Source: Acidobacteriota bacterium
Lineage (GTDB): Bacteria; Acidobacteriota; Vicinamibacteria; Vicinamibacterales; CAVVIG01
Length of the DNA stretch: 64,000 nucleotides
NCBI GenBank assembly: GCA_040007095.1
Contig: JBDTVS010000127.1
Location: 18,958 to 82,957 of the forward strand
Direction of reading: 5' to 3'
Both the position numbers and the translations under genes were made by a program. The notes under the pieces are model-generated. The model was not told the DNA's origin, did not search any database, and worked only from the letters and a program-made list of their open reading frames with translations. Position 1 is the first letter of the stretch. Each line of letters opens with the position of its first letter. Shown piece after piece: positions 1 through 9,606 of this stretch.

Positions 1-723
1 GGCGTGACGGCCGGAGAGCGGGGACGTGCGAGCCTGGCGGCGCACGCGCCGTACTCGGTGGCACCGGCGCTGCTGACGGCAATTGTCGCCGCAGTCGATC
101 GCGCTGGCTTGCCCTGCAGCGTGCACGTGGCTGAATCGCCCGAGGAAGTCGAGTTTCTGCGAACCGGCGAAGGGCCCTGGCGCGCGCTGCTGGAGGATCT
201 GGGCGTGTGGAATCCCTCCTGGATCGCACCTGGCGTCAGCCCGGTGCGGTATCTGGACGACCTGGGGCTGCTGTCCCCACGTGTACTGGCCGTGCATGGG
301 GTGCAGATGAGCACCATCGATCTCGATCGTCTCGCGGCGAAGCGGACCACGCTCGTCACCTGCCCGAGAAGCAACGCATGCACCGGGGCCGGAACCCCAC
401 CGATCGAACGGTTTTACGCGTCAAAGGTGCCTATCGCGGTTGGTACGGACAGCCTGGCCAGCACTCCCGATCTGAATGTGTTTGCGGAGCTGGCGGCGAT
501 CCGCGCGCTGGCTCGCGACGTGCCCGCGTCGTTGCTGCTCGACAGTGCCACGCGTCAGGGCGCCCGGGCGTTGCGCCTCGACGCCGACTACGGCACCATC
601 GCGCCAGGCAAGCGCGCGCGGCTCATCGGCGTCACGCTGCCCCCCGGCGTGGACGATGTGGAAGAATACCTGCTATCGGGAATCCAACCGGACCAGATCG
701 CGTGGTTGACAGCCGATCGCTGA
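1..723 (+). CDS. Amidohydrolase-superfamily protein, C-terminal part (gene begins upstream of window); aminodeoxyfutalosine/nucleoside deaminase-like
   Basis: Frame open from window edge. Metal-dependent hydrolase motifs (SVHVAES, LAVHGV, AVGTDSLAS). Lies directly upstream of UbiA/UbiX/UbiE-type menaquinone genes. Confidence 0.7.
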   Translation, partial: GVTAGERGRASLAAHAPYSVAPALLTAIVAAVDRAGLPCSVHVAESPEEVEFLRTGEGPWRALLEDLGVWNPSWIAPGVSPVRYLDDLGLLSPRVLAVHGVQMSTIDLDRLAAKRTTLVTCPRSNACTGAGTPPIERFYASKVPIAVGTDSLASTPDLNVFAELAAIRALARDVPASLLLDSATRQGARALRLDADYGTIAPGKRARLIGVTLPPGVDDVEEYLLSGIQPDQIAWLTADR

Positions 724-911
724 TCGGTCCGCTCGCCGTCGGGGTGATCGTTCGCGGGGGGGCCGGCGCGAATGCACACCTGGTTGGGAGCGGCCGCCCG
801 ATCCTCTACGCGGAGCACTCGAAGCCGACCGGACCGGCGAGTGTTCCGTGATCGTGAAAGCTGATCCTGAGGACTGGGATCACTGGAAGCGAGGCACTCC
901 GGAAATCCGAC

Positions 912-1766
912 ATGTTCAGGCGTCTTGGCGTATACCTGTCGTTCGTTCGATTCAGCCACTCGGTGTTTGCGCTGCCATTCGCGCTTGCCGGCGCGCTCCT
1001 GGCCGCGCGCCATGTTGAGGTGACGCGATCGTCCATCCTGTGGATCCTGGCGGCGATGGTCATGGCGCGAAGCGCCGCGATGGGATTCAATCGGCTCGTC
1101 GACGCCAGGATCGACGCCTTGAATCCGCGGACCGCCGGCCGCGAGCTGCCGCGTGGCGCGATGAGTCTGCGCGAGGCGGCCGCGTTTGTCGTCGCGACGT
1201 CGGCGGCGTTCGTCTTTGCGGCCTGGCGTCTGAACACGCTCTGCTTCGTCCTGTCGCCAGTGGCTCTTGCCATCGTCTTCTGGTATTCGCTCGCGAAGCG
1301 ATTCACGACCTGGACGCAGCTGTTTCTGGGTCTGGCGATGGCGGTGGCTCCCGTGGGCGGATGGCTGGCGGTGGGCGGCCGCGGCGGATGGGAGCCCTGG
1401 ATTCTGGCGCTGGCGATCGGCGCCTGGGTCGGAGGCTTCGACGTCTTGTACGCGTGCCAGGATTTGGAGTTCGACCGTGCGCACGGCTTGCGTTCGATTC
1501 CGGTCCGATTCGGTGTGCCGGCGTCGTTGACGATCTCGCGCGCGATGCACCTGGTCGCGATCCTCTGTCTCATGGCCCTGGCATGGGTGACCACGCTGCC
1601 ACGCGTCTACGAGCTGGGGGTGGTCGTCATCGCCGTGCTGCTGTGCTACGAGCAGTCGCTCGTCTCGGCCGACGACCTGTCGCAGGTGAAGCGCGCCTTC
1701 GATTTGAACGGCTATGTCGGCATCCTGTATCTGATCGTGCTCGCGGTGTCCATCTATGTCCAGTGA
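912..1766 (+). CDS. UbiA-family aromatic prenyltransferase (MqnP/4-hydroxybenzoate polyprenyltransferase-like)
   Basis: 284 aa polytopic membrane protein. UbiA Asp-rich motifs NRLVDARIDALNPRTAGRELP and YACQDLEFD. 11-nt overlap with ubiX. Confidence 0.85.
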   Translation: MFRRLGVYLSFVRFSHSVFALPFALAGALLAARHVEVTRSSILWILAAMVMARSAAMGFNRLVDARIDALNPRTAGRELPRGAMSLREAAAFVVATSAAFVFAAWRLNTLCFVLSPVALAIVFWYSLAKRFTTWTQLFLGLAMAVAPVGGWLAVGGRGGWEPWILALAIGAWVGGFDVLYACQDLEFDRAHGLRSIPVRFGVPASLTISRAMHLVAILCLMALAWVTTLPRVYELGVVVIAVLLCYEQSLVSADDLSQVKRAFDLNGYVGILYLIVLAVSIYVQ

Positions 1767-2394
1767 CGGGTATGGTCAGAGCGTGTCCAGCAAATCGATC
1801 GCGCTGGCAATTACCGGCGCCAGCGGGGCGATCTACGCGGCGCGGACCCTGGCGGCGCTGCTGGCGCGAGGCGTGGACGTGGAACTGGTGGTGTCGGACT
1901 ACGGCCGTCGCCTGCTGCGTGACGAGCTCGGCGACGGCGCCGCCCTCGAGAACCTGCTGCCGTATCTGTCGGCCAAATACGGGCCGGACGTCAGCCGAGC
2001 GCGGCTGACGGTTCATAGCAACCGGGACCTCGGCGCGACGATTGCGAGCGGCAGCCACCGGTGCGGCGGCATGGCCATCGTGCCGTGCTCGATGAAGACG
2101 CTGGCCGGTGTGGCCCACGGCTTGTCACGAAGCCTGGTCGAGCGTGCCGCCGACGTGATGCTGAAGGAGCGGCGTCCGCTGGTCATCGTGCCGCGCGAAA
2201 CACCGATGAGCCTGCCGCAGCTCAAGAACATGGTGCTGTGCGCCGAGGCTGGCGCGATTCTGCTGCCGGCGATGCCGGCCTTCTATCAACTCCCGCGGAC
2301 GCTCGACGATCTGGCGGACTTCATGGCCGGCAAGATTCTCGGCGCGCTCGGATTCGATCACGAGCTGTTTCCGCCCTGGACCGGGCAAGTGTGA
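1756..2394 (+). CDS. ubiX: Flavin prenyltransferase UbiX
   Basis: 212 aa. IALAITGASGAIYA flavoprotein start and MAIVPCSMKTLAGVAHG. Stop overlaps the next start (GTGA at 2391-2394). Confidence 0.9.
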   Translation: MSSDGYGQSVSSKSIALAITGASGAIYAARTLAALLARGVDVELVVSDYGRRLLRDELGDGAALENLLPYLSAKYGPDVSRARLTVHSNRDLGATIASGSHRCGGMAIVPCSMKTLAGVAHGLSRSLVERAADVMLKERRPLVIVPRETPMSLPQLKNMVLCAEAGAILLPAMPAFYQLPRTLDDLADFMAGKILGALGFDHELFPPWTGQV

Positions 2395-3104
2395 TCGGCG
2401 CGCCTGACAAGTCTGCCGGTCGCATCGAAGGCATGTTCGATGCGATTGCGGGCCGGTACGACCTGCTCAACCACGTCTTGAGCGTCGGGATTGACCGGTC
2501 CTGGAGAAAGCGTGCGATCCGCGCGCTCCACTTGACCGGGAGCGAACGGTTGCTCGACCTGTGCACCGGCACCGCCGACCTGGCCATCGAAGCCCGCCGT
2601 GCAGATCCGCCGGCTGCTCGCGTGGTCGGCGTGGACTTCTCCGACGCCATGCTGCGAGTGGGCCGGGACAAACTGTCCCGTGCGCGGCTCGATCCGGCGA
2701 TCGCGCTCGTGCGCGGCGACGCGATGTCGATTCCGGTGGCGACCCGGGCCGTCGATGGTGTGACGATTGCGTTCGGCCTTCGCAACGTCGAACAGCCCGA
2801 CGTCGCCTGCCGCGAGATGCACCGGGTGCTCCGACGGGGCGGTCGGCTCGCGATTCTCGAGTTTGCGATTCCCACCAGTCCCCTGATCCGCGCCGGCTAT
2901 CTCGCGTATTTCCGCTTCGTGCTCCCGCGAATCGGTCGACTCGTCTCGCGTCATAACGCCGCCTACGAGTATCTGCCGGCGTCGGTGGCGGCGTTCGAAA
3001 CGCCCGACCAGCTCGTGAAAATTCTGCGACAGAGTGGATTCACCGACATACGTGCCGTCCCATTGACCTTCGGCGTCGTCTATCTGTATACAGCCCGGAG
3101 CTGA
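2391..3104 (+). CDS. ubiE: Demethylmenaquinone/ubiquinone C-methyltransferase UbiE/MenG
   Basis: FDAIAGRYDLLNHVLSVG, SAM-binding LLDLCTGTADLA, FGLRNV. GTG 2391 is the proposed start, with ATG 2433 as alternative. The upstream part of the long track ORF (from 2061) overlaps ubiX out of frame. Confidence 0.9.
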   Translation: MIGAPDKSAGRIEGMFDAIAGRYDLLNHVLSVGIDRSWRKRAIRALHLTGSERLLDLCTGTADLAIEARRADPPAARVVGVDFSDAMLRVGRDKLSRARLDPAIALVRGDAMSIPVATRAVDGVTIAFGLRNVEQPDVACREMHRVLRRGGRLAILEFAIPTSPLIRAGYLAYFRFVLPRIGRLVSRHNAAYEYLPASVAAFETPDQLVKILRQSGFTDIRAVPLTFGVVYLYTARS

Positions 3105-3166
3105 GCCTTACTAATCCCTGAGCCCCAATCTCCAAGCCCTGCTGCTATAATTCTTGTAACTCTCTG

Positions 3167-4138
3167 ATGTATCTAGATTTCGAGGACTACCGACCAGATA
3201 TCCAGCCGATCGGACGCGCCATCTCGTGGCGCGAGGGTGTCCTGGTGTCGATCATCGTCCACCTGGCGATGATCATTCTCTTGCTCGTGGCTCCGCAGTT
3301 GTTCCCCTTCAATCCCGACACGGCTCGGAAGGAGGCGGTGCCGCCCGACCAGCACGATGCTCCGCGGTTCGTGTTCGTGCAGCCTCGTCTCGACATGCCG
3401 GCGTTGCGACCGCCAGATCGCGGGCCGGCGTCGGACAAAGATCGGTTGGCACGCGCGCCTGAACGGGCGAAGAAGCCGACCGATCCGCTGCCGTTCTCGC
3501 GCGGAAACACCCCCGAGCCTGTTGAAAGCGTGGCACCGCCCGTGGCGCGCGGCACGGGTCCCGCGCCCGACCCGGCGCAAGGTCAGCCGCTCGAAAAGAG
3601 TCCAGAGAGCCAAAACAGCGCCTCGACCGAGGTGCCGGAATCGCCCTCGGCGCTGAGGTTTCCGACCACACGTCCGCCGGTTGCGCAAAACGGTGCAAAT
3701 GGCCGGTCCGTGGCGCCCGGGGGCGGCCTCGGTGACGCGCTGAGGAACCTGCAGCGGTTCGTGCAGCGCGACACGTTCGAGAATCCGCAGGGTGGCGGCG
3801 GGCAGTTCGGGCCGGAGATTCAGTTCGACACCAAAGGCGTCGAGTTCGGGCCGTGGGTTCGGCGTTTCATCGCGCAGGTCAAACGCAACTGGCTGCCGAT
3901 GATTCCGTATTCCGCGATGATGTACAAGGGGCACGTCGTCGTGACGTTCAACGTGCACAAGGACGGATCGCTGACCGAGGTGTCGGTGGTTGGACCCTGT
4001 CCGGTCGACGCGTTCAACACCGCCGCGTTTGGCGCCCTGAAGGCGTCGAATCCCACCGAGCCGCTGCCGCGGGAGTACCCGACCGATGCCGCGTTTTTTA
4101 CGGTGACATTTTTTTACAACGAAACGCCGCCGCGTTGA
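3167..4138 (+). CDS. TonB-family energy transducer
   Basis: N-terminal TM helix (VLVSIIVHLAMIILLLVAPQLF), long Pro/Ala-rich linker, C-terminal TonB-like domain (KGHVVVTFNVHKDGSLTEVSVV...ALKASNPTEPLP). Confidence 0.7.
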   Translation: MYLDFEDYRPDIQPIGRAISWREGVLVSIIVHLAMIILLLVAPQLFPFNPDTARKEAVPPDQHDAPRFVFVQPRLDMPALRPPDRGPASDKDRLARAPERAKKPTDPLPFSRGNTPEPVESVAPPVARGTGPAPDPAQGQPLEKSPESQNSASTEVPESPSALRFPTTRPPVAQNGANGRSVAPGGGLGDALRNLQRFVQRDTFENPQGGGGQFGPEIQFDTKGVEFGPWVRRFIAQVKRNWLPMIPYSAMMYKGHVVVTFNVHKDGSLTEVSVVGPCPVDAFNTAAFGALKASNPTEPLPREYPTDAAFFTVTFFYNETPPR

Positions 4139-4318
4139 CCCGATGACCCCAATGGGCCATCGCCATTACCCCATCACCCCATTACCATGATGTCCCGTCA
4201 GGCTCCTGAGAGACGTCGGTGACCCGATCGCAGCAGAGCGGTCTGCTGATCTTCCTGTTGGTCTTCATTGCTTACGTCATGCTCCGGCTCCGGTGAAGTC
4301 CCCCAGAAGCCCTGACTT

Positions 4319-5272
4319 TTGAGCGCCAAGTTCTTTGTCGCCATCCTCGGACCGACGGCTACGGGCAAGAGCGCGCTCGGGCTCGCGCTGGCGGAGCGCT
4401 ATCGCGGCGAGATCGTCAATTGCGACTCGACCGCCGTCTATCGCGGCTTCGATATCGGCACCGACAAGGTGCCTCCCGGGGAGCAGCGAGGCATTCCCCA
4501 CCACCTCATCGATATCGTCGAGCCGACCGCCGAGTACACCGCGGCGCAATACGCCCACGACGCGTCGGCGGTGATCCGCGACATCGATCGCCGGGGCGGT
4601 TTGGCCATTCTCGTCGGCGGAACGGGCTTCTATTTCCGGGCGCTGACCCGGGGCCTGTTTCCCGGCCCCGGCCGGAACGCCGTCTTGCGGGGGCGTCTCG
4701 AATCGATCGTCGCCCGGCGGGGCGCCGCGGCGCTGCATCGAATGCTGGCGCGTGTCGACGCGGCATCGGCCCTCAGAATTCAGCCCCGCGATCTCAAGCG
4801 GATGGTGCGCGCCCTGGAAGTGTTCTTTCTCACCGGCCGTCCGCTCACGGCGCACTTCGCGGACACCATCGCGCCGCTGCCGGAGTTCGACGTCCTCGCG
4901 ATTGGCGTGCGCCTCCCGGCGCCGCAGATCGCCGAACGGGTTCTCCGACGCGTCGACGAACAGTTCGATCGCGGATTGCTCGACGAGATGCGCGGCCTGC
5001 TGGCGCAGGGGGTGCCGGAGACCGCGCGGCCGTTTGGCGGTCTCGTCTATCGCCAGGTCCTCGAGCATTTGCACGGTGTCCGCGACGAGGCGGCGACTCG
5101 TGCGCTCGTCGTGCAGGAGAACCGGCGCTACGCGCGGCGTCAGTTGATCTGGTTTCGCAAAGAGCCTAATCTACTCTGGCTCGACGGACCCGGCGAATCG
5201 CCGTCGACGATTGCCGCCGCCGATCACCTGATCGAACAACGCCGGGCGCAAACTTGGAACTCAAAACTTTGA
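4319..5272 (+). CDS. miaA: tRNA dimethylallyltransferase MiaA
   Basis: P-loop GPTATGKSALGLALA, CDSTAVYRGFDIGTDK, HHLIDIVEP. TTG start. Confidence 0.9.
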   Translation: MSAKFFVAILGPTATGKSALGLALAERYRGEIVNCDSTAVYRGFDIGTDKVPPGEQRGIPHHLIDIVEPTAEYTAAQYAHDASAVIRDIDRRGGLAILVGGTGFYFRALTRGLFPGPGRNAVLRGRLESIVARRGAAALHRMLARVDAASALRIQPRDLKRMVRALEVFFLTGRPLTAHFADTIAPLPEFDVLAIGVRLPAPQIAERVLRRVDEQFDRGLLDEMRGLLAQGVPETARPFGGLVYRQVLEHLHGVRDEAATRALVVQENRRYARRQLIWFRKEPNLLWLDGPGESPSTIAAADHLIEQRRAQTWNSKL

Positions 5273-5416
5273 ACTTAGGGCCCCGGCGGGATGCATCGGC
5301 GACCACAGTGGCAGCTTTGTTTCCGCCAGGGTCCTTAGAACTCAAGACGTACAACCAAGCACCGCTCGGTCAGTCTGAAATTCCCGTGTTTCTTCTAAGT
5401 TCCGAGTTTTGAGTTC
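5256..5416. repeat. Inverted repeat GAACTCAAAACTTTGAACTTAG / CTAAGTTCCGAGTTTTGAGTTC spanning the miaA-deoB gap
   Basis: 22-nt arms with 2 mismatches at 5257-5278 and 5395-5416. A third partial copy CTTAGAACTCAAG lies at 5334-5346. Confidence 0.8.
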
Positions 5417-6587
5417 TACCTTTACAAGAGTCATCGTCATCGTCATGGACAGCGTCGGCATCGGCGAGTTGCCCGACGCGTCGGCCTATGGCGATCAGGG
5501 CAGCGATACGCTCGGCAACATCGCTCGACAGGTGACGCTTCACGTCCCCACGCTGCGTCGCCTCGGGTTGGGACGGGTGGCGAAGATCGGCGGATCGCCT
5601 CCCCCGGATTCGCCCGCCGCGGCAGTCGGCCGTATGGCGGAAGCCTCCGCCGGCAAGGATTCGGTCACCGGCCACTGGGAAATGATGGGCATCGTGCTCG
5701 ACCGGCCGTTTCCGGTATTCCCCAACGGATTTCCGCCGGCAATCATCGACGAGTTTTCCCGACAAACGGGCCGTGGTGTTCTGGGCAACACCGCGGCATC
5801 CGGCACCGAGATCATCGAAGCGCTGGGTCCCCAGCATTTGAACACCGGTGCGCTGATCGTATACACGTCCGCCGACAGCGTGTTCCAGATTGCGGCGCAC
5901 GAAGACATCGTCCCGATTGCCGAACTGTATCGCGCGTGCGAGATCGCCTACAGCCTCGTCGTCGCCGGGCTCGGCGTCGGGCGGGTGATTGCACGCCCCT
6001 TCGTCGGCGCGCCAGGCCGCTTCAAGCGAACGGCCAACCGTCACGACTACGCGCTGGCGCCGATCGGCGAAACCCTGCTGGACCGGGTCAAAGGCGCGGG
6101 GCTGCCCGTCGTCGCCATCGGCAAGATCGAGGACTTGTTCGCCGGCCGTGGGACCACCCTCGCCATCCATACCGCGAGCGACGACGACGGGATGAACCAT
6201 CTCGAGAAGCAGCTGTCCGTTCTCGAGCGCGGATTTCTGTTCGCGAACCTGGTCGATTTCGATACCCTGTACGGCCATCGCAACGACGTCCAAGGCTATG
6301 CGATGAATCTGGAGCGCTTCGATGCTCGGCTGGCGCAGCTGCTGCCGACGCTTCGCGCAGACGATGTGCTGATGGTGACGGCCGATCATGGCAACGATCC
6401 GACGACAGCGAGCACCGATCATGCCCGGGAGTACGTGCCGTTGCTGGTGGCGGGACCGCGCGTCCGCGCTGGAGTCGATTTGGGCACGCGCGGGACATTC
6501 GCCGATCTCGGGCAGACGATCGCCGAGGTCTTTGGCGTCGGCCCGCTGCGGCACGGCACGAGCTTCTTCCATGAGATCATCGGATAG
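5409..6587 (+). CDS. deoB: Phosphopentomutase DeoB
   Basis: VMDSVGIGELPDA, GSDTLGNI, TADHGNDPT metal-site motifs. 392 aa. TTG start. Confidence 0.9.
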   Translation: MSSTFTRVIVIVMDSVGIGELPDASAYGDQGSDTLGNIARQVTLHVPTLRRLGLGRVAKIGGSPPPDSPAAAVGRMAEASAGKDSVTGHWEMMGIVLDRPFPVFPNGFPPAIIDEFSRQTGRGVLGNTAASGTEIIEALGPQHLNTGALIVYTSADSVFQIAAHEDIVPIAELYRACEIAYSLVVAGLGVGRVIARPFVGAPGRFKRTANRHDYALAPIGETLLDRVKGAGLPVVAIGKIEDLFAGRGTTLAIHTASDDDGMNHLEKQLSVLERGFLFANLVDFDTLYGHRNDVQGYAMNLERFDARLAQLLPTLRADDVLMVTADHGNDPTTASTDHAREYVPLLVAGPRVRAGVDLGTRGTFADLGQTIAEVFGVGPLRHGTSFFHEIIG

Positions 6588-6592
6588 AGCTC

Positions 6593-7630
6593 ATGAATCT
6601 CAGACAGCAACTCGAGGCACGCGAACTGGAGACGCTGGCTCCGCAGGCAGCCAAGAGCGCGAGCTCGCGGGGGCGTCTCCGGCTCGAGGATGAAGACGAA
6701 GTCCGCCCCGCGTTTCAACGCGACCGCGATCGCATCGTCCATTGCAAGGCGTTCCGGCGGCTCAAACACAAGACCCAGGTCTTCTTTTCACCGACCGGCG
6801 ACCACTACCGGACGCGATTGACCCACACGCTCGAGGTTTCTCAAATCGCGCGCACGATCGCCAAGGTGCTCCGGCTGCACGAGGAGTTGACCGAAGCGAT
6901 TACGCTCGGTCACGATCTCGGGCACACGCCGTTCGGCCACGCCGGCGAGCGAGTGATCGACACGCTCATGCCCGGCGGCTTCAGTCACTACGAGCAGAGC
7001 CTGCGGATTGTCGACGTGTTGGAGAACGAAGGTCGCGGTCTCAACCTGACCTGGGAGGTGCGGGACGGCATTGCCAAACATTCGAAAGGGAAGTCCGGCG
7101 CCCCAATCGGCCTGTCCGGCGCGCTTCGCTCGAGCACGATGGAAGGCCAGATCATGCGGGTCGCCGATCTGATTGCTTACGTGAACCACGACATCGACGA
7201 TGCGATCCGGGCCGGGCTGCTTCGCGCCGAAGATTTGCCACCGGAACCGATCCGCGTGCTCGGCGACACCTCGTCTGCCCGCATCGGAGCGCTGGTGACG
7301 GATGTCGTGACGGAGACGCTCGCCGGCGGGATGTCGGAGATCAGGATGAGCGAACCCGTCCTGCAGGCGGTGCTCGACCTTCGAAGCTTTCTCTTCGACG
7401 CCGTGTATGAGAACGCCGTCGCGACGGCGGAATTCAGCAAGGCGGCGGGGATCCTCAGCGGTCTATGGGAGAAAGTGCGCGAGCGCGCCGACGATTTTCT
7501 CGATCGCCAGACGGTTGAGCACGAGGGGCTCGACGCTGCGGTCCGTGATTTCATCGCGGGGATGACCGATCGTTACGCGGTTCGCCTTTTCGAGGAGCTG
7601 TACATCCCAAAGCCGTGGGCGGCCGACTAG
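6593..7630 (+). CDS. dgt: dGTP triphosphohydrolase-like HD-domain protein
   Basis: FQRDRDRIVHCKAFRRLKHKTQVF and HD motif LGHDLGHTPFGHAGE. Confidence 0.85.
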   Translation: MNLRQQLEARELETLAPQAAKSASSRGRLRLEDEDEVRPAFQRDRDRIVHCKAFRRLKHKTQVFFSPTGDHYRTRLTHTLEVSQIARTIAKVLRLHEELTEAITLGHDLGHTPFGHAGERVIDTLMPGGFSHYEQSLRIVDVLENEGRGLNLTWEVRDGIAKHSKGKSGAPIGLSGALRSSTMEGQIMRVADLIAYVNHDIDDAIRAGLLRAEDLPPEPIRVLGDTSSARIGALVTDVVTETLAGGMSEIRMSEPVLQAVLDLRSFLFDAVYENAVATAEFSKAAGILSGLWEKVRERADDFLDRQTVEHEGLDAAVRDFIAGMTDRYAVRLFEELYIPKPWAAD

Positions 7631-7651
7631 ACAGGCCCTCGGACTCTCAGA

Positions 7652-8206
7652 TTGGCGCGATATCCATGGTATATTCAGGGGTTCATGTTCTCGTTGAACC
7701 TCAAGACGATCAGGGGCCCGCAGGAGTCGTTCGAGCGGGTGTACGCGCCGGAGCAGGTCGCCGTCGACGAGGACTTCCGCGTGATCGCGCCCGTCGCGCT
7801 GGCGTTCGAGATCTTCAAGGACGGCGAGCGATTCCGGCTGGCCGGCCGCGTCCAGACGTTGCTCGAGCTGCCGTGCAGCCGCTGTGTCGAGTCGTTCGCC
7901 ACGCCGGTCGACGCGCTCTTTGATCTGCGCTATCAGCCTCAGGCGGAGAACACCGGGGAAGGCGAGCTCGAGATCGCGGAAGACGACTTGACGACGGCGT
8001 TCTATCAGCACGACGAGATCGATCTCGCGCAACTGATGCGGGAGCAGTTCTACCTGTCGCTGCCGATGAAGCCGTTGTGCCGCGAGACCTGCGGCGGCCT
8101 CTGTTCCGTGTGCGGGACGAATTTGAATCGTGGCGTCTGCGCCTGCACTCACGCGTGGGAAGACCCGCGCCTGGCGGCGCTGCGCGAACTGAGAGACCGG
8201 AACTGA
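7652..8206 (+). CDS. yceD: YceD/DUF177 family protein
   Basis: 184 aa acidic protein with C-terminal Cys cluster (CRETCGGLCSVCGTNLNRGVCAC) directly upstream of rpmF, the conserved yceD-rpmF arrangement. Confidence 0.75.
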   Translation: MARYPWYIQGFMFSLNLKTIRGPQESFERVYAPEQVAVDEDFRVIAPVALAFEIFKDGERFRLAGRVQTLLELPCSRCVESFATPVDALFDLRYQPQAENTGEGELEIAEDDLTTAFYQHDEIDLAQLMREQFYLSLPMKPLCRETCGGLCSVCGTNLNRGVCACTHAWEDPRLAALRELRDRN

Positions 8207-8295
8207 GAACAACGAGTTGGTAGCGGCGATCTCTGCGTGCGTCCGGTCGCACGCCATTTTGCCTGAGCGCGCTCCGAAAGAATCAAGGACTGACG

Positions 8296-8478
8296 ATGCC
8301 GAATCCAAAACGACGACACTCCAAAACGCGTACGGCCAAGCGCCGCACGCACGACGCGCTCAAGCCGATCGGCCTCTCCGAGTGCCCGCATTGTCACGAA
8401 CAAAAGCCGCCGCATCGCGTGTGCACCAACTGCGGGTATTACAAGGGACGACAGGCCCGCGCGGTCGATGAAGAATAG
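8296..8478 (+). CDS. rpmF: 50S ribosomal protein L32
   Basis: 60 aa. MPNPKRRHSKTRTAKRRTH...CPHCHEQKPPHRVCTNCGYYKG. Confidence 0.95.
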   Translation: MPNPKRRHSKTRTAKRRTHDALKPIGLSECPHCHEQKPPHRVCTNCGYYKGRQARAVDEE

Positions 8479-8568
8479 GCGCCGCGTGACCCTCCTCAGA
8501 CAATCGGACTCGATCGGCGCCCTGGATTCGCGTGTGATACGGGGCGTCGCCGCTGACGTGTTTCGCTC

Positions 8569-9495
8569 GTGATTGCATTCGTCTTTCCCGGACAGGGTTC
8601 GCAGCGGGTCGGCATGGGCAAGGCGCTCGCGGAGGCGTCTGCGGCCGCTCGGGCCACGTTCGAAGAGGCCGACGAGGCGCTCGGCGAGCCGCTCAGTGCC
8701 CTGTGTTTCGAGGGCCCGATTGAATCCCTGACGTTGACCGAGAATGCGCAGCCGGCGCTTCTGACCGTCAGCCTGGCTGTCCATCGGTGGCTGACTTCGC
8801 AGGGACTCACGCCCGCGTTCGTCGCTGGCCACAGCGTGGGGGAATATTCCGCCAACGTCGCGGCCGGGACATTCTCATTCGCCGACGGCCTGCGCGTCGT
8901 CCGGCGGCGCGGCCAGTACATGCAGGAGGCGGTGCCGGTGGGCAGCGGGGCGATGGCCGCCATCCTCGGTCTCGACCCTGGCGAGGTCGTCCGGGCCTGC
9001 GAAGAGGCGGCGCAAGGCGACATCGTCAGCCCCGCGAATATGAACGGCGGCGGGCAGGTGGTGATTTCGGGCTCGCGCGACGCAGTGGGCCGCGCGGGCG
9101 ATCGAGCCAAGGCCCTGGGCGCCAAACGGGTGGTCCCGCTGCAGGTAAGCGCACCGTTTCACTGCGCGTTGATGCAGCCGGCGGAAGCGCGGCTGGCCCC
9201 GGAGCTTCGCGCCCTCAAGGTCTGCGATCCGAGCGTGCCGATTGTGGCCAACGTCGACGCCGAGGTGAAGCGCGATGCGGCGTCCGCCATCGAAGCCCTG
9301 GTGGCGCAGGTGTCGGCGCCGGTCCGATGGGAACAGGTCGTTCGACGCCTTGCGTCGGAAGGCGTCACCACGTATGTTGAGGTGGGTCCTGGGACGGTCC
9401 TGACCGGCCTCGTGAAGAAGATTCACCGAGAAGCGACGGTCGTGAGCGTCGGCAGTCCCGCCGATTTCGGCGCGCTGGAGGCCGTGCTGCGCTGA
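8569..9495 (+). CDS. fabD: Malonyl-CoA:ACP transacylase FabD
   Basis: VFPGQGSQRVGMG and active-site GHSVGEYSA. 308 aa. Confidence 0.95.
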   Translation: MIAFVFPGQGSQRVGMGKALAEASAAARATFEEADEALGEPLSALCFEGPIESLTLTENAQPALLTVSLAVHRWLTSQGLTPAFVAGHSVGEYSANVAAGTFSFADGLRVVRRRGQYMQEAVPVGSGAMAAILGLDPGEVVRACEEAAQGDIVSPANMNGGGQVVISGSRDAVGRAGDRAKALGAKRVVPLQVSAPFHCALMQPAEARLAPELRALKVCDPSVPIVANVDAEVKRDAASAIEALVAQVSAPVRWEQVVRRLASEGVTTYVEVGPGTVLTGLVKKIHREATVVSVGSPADFGALEAVLR

Positions 9496-9606
9496 GGTGC
9501 CAGGAATGCACCCGGTCATCCCGTCATCTGGTCATTGATTCGTTCGATGAGCCGATCGATGGCGGCTTGGCCACAATCAAATGACCACATTCACGTTCGT
9601 GTGTGC

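Noticed and set aside
2061-2390. N-terminal 110-aa extension of the UbiE/MenG track ORF, and similar extensions at 9535, 11971, 14006, 15535, 16380, 19983, 20657, 25571, 36727, 40403 and 48371
   Set aside because: The extensions overlap the preceding gene or regulatory DNA and are Arg-rich nonsense. Internal ATG, GTG or TTG starts that match family N-termini were used instead.
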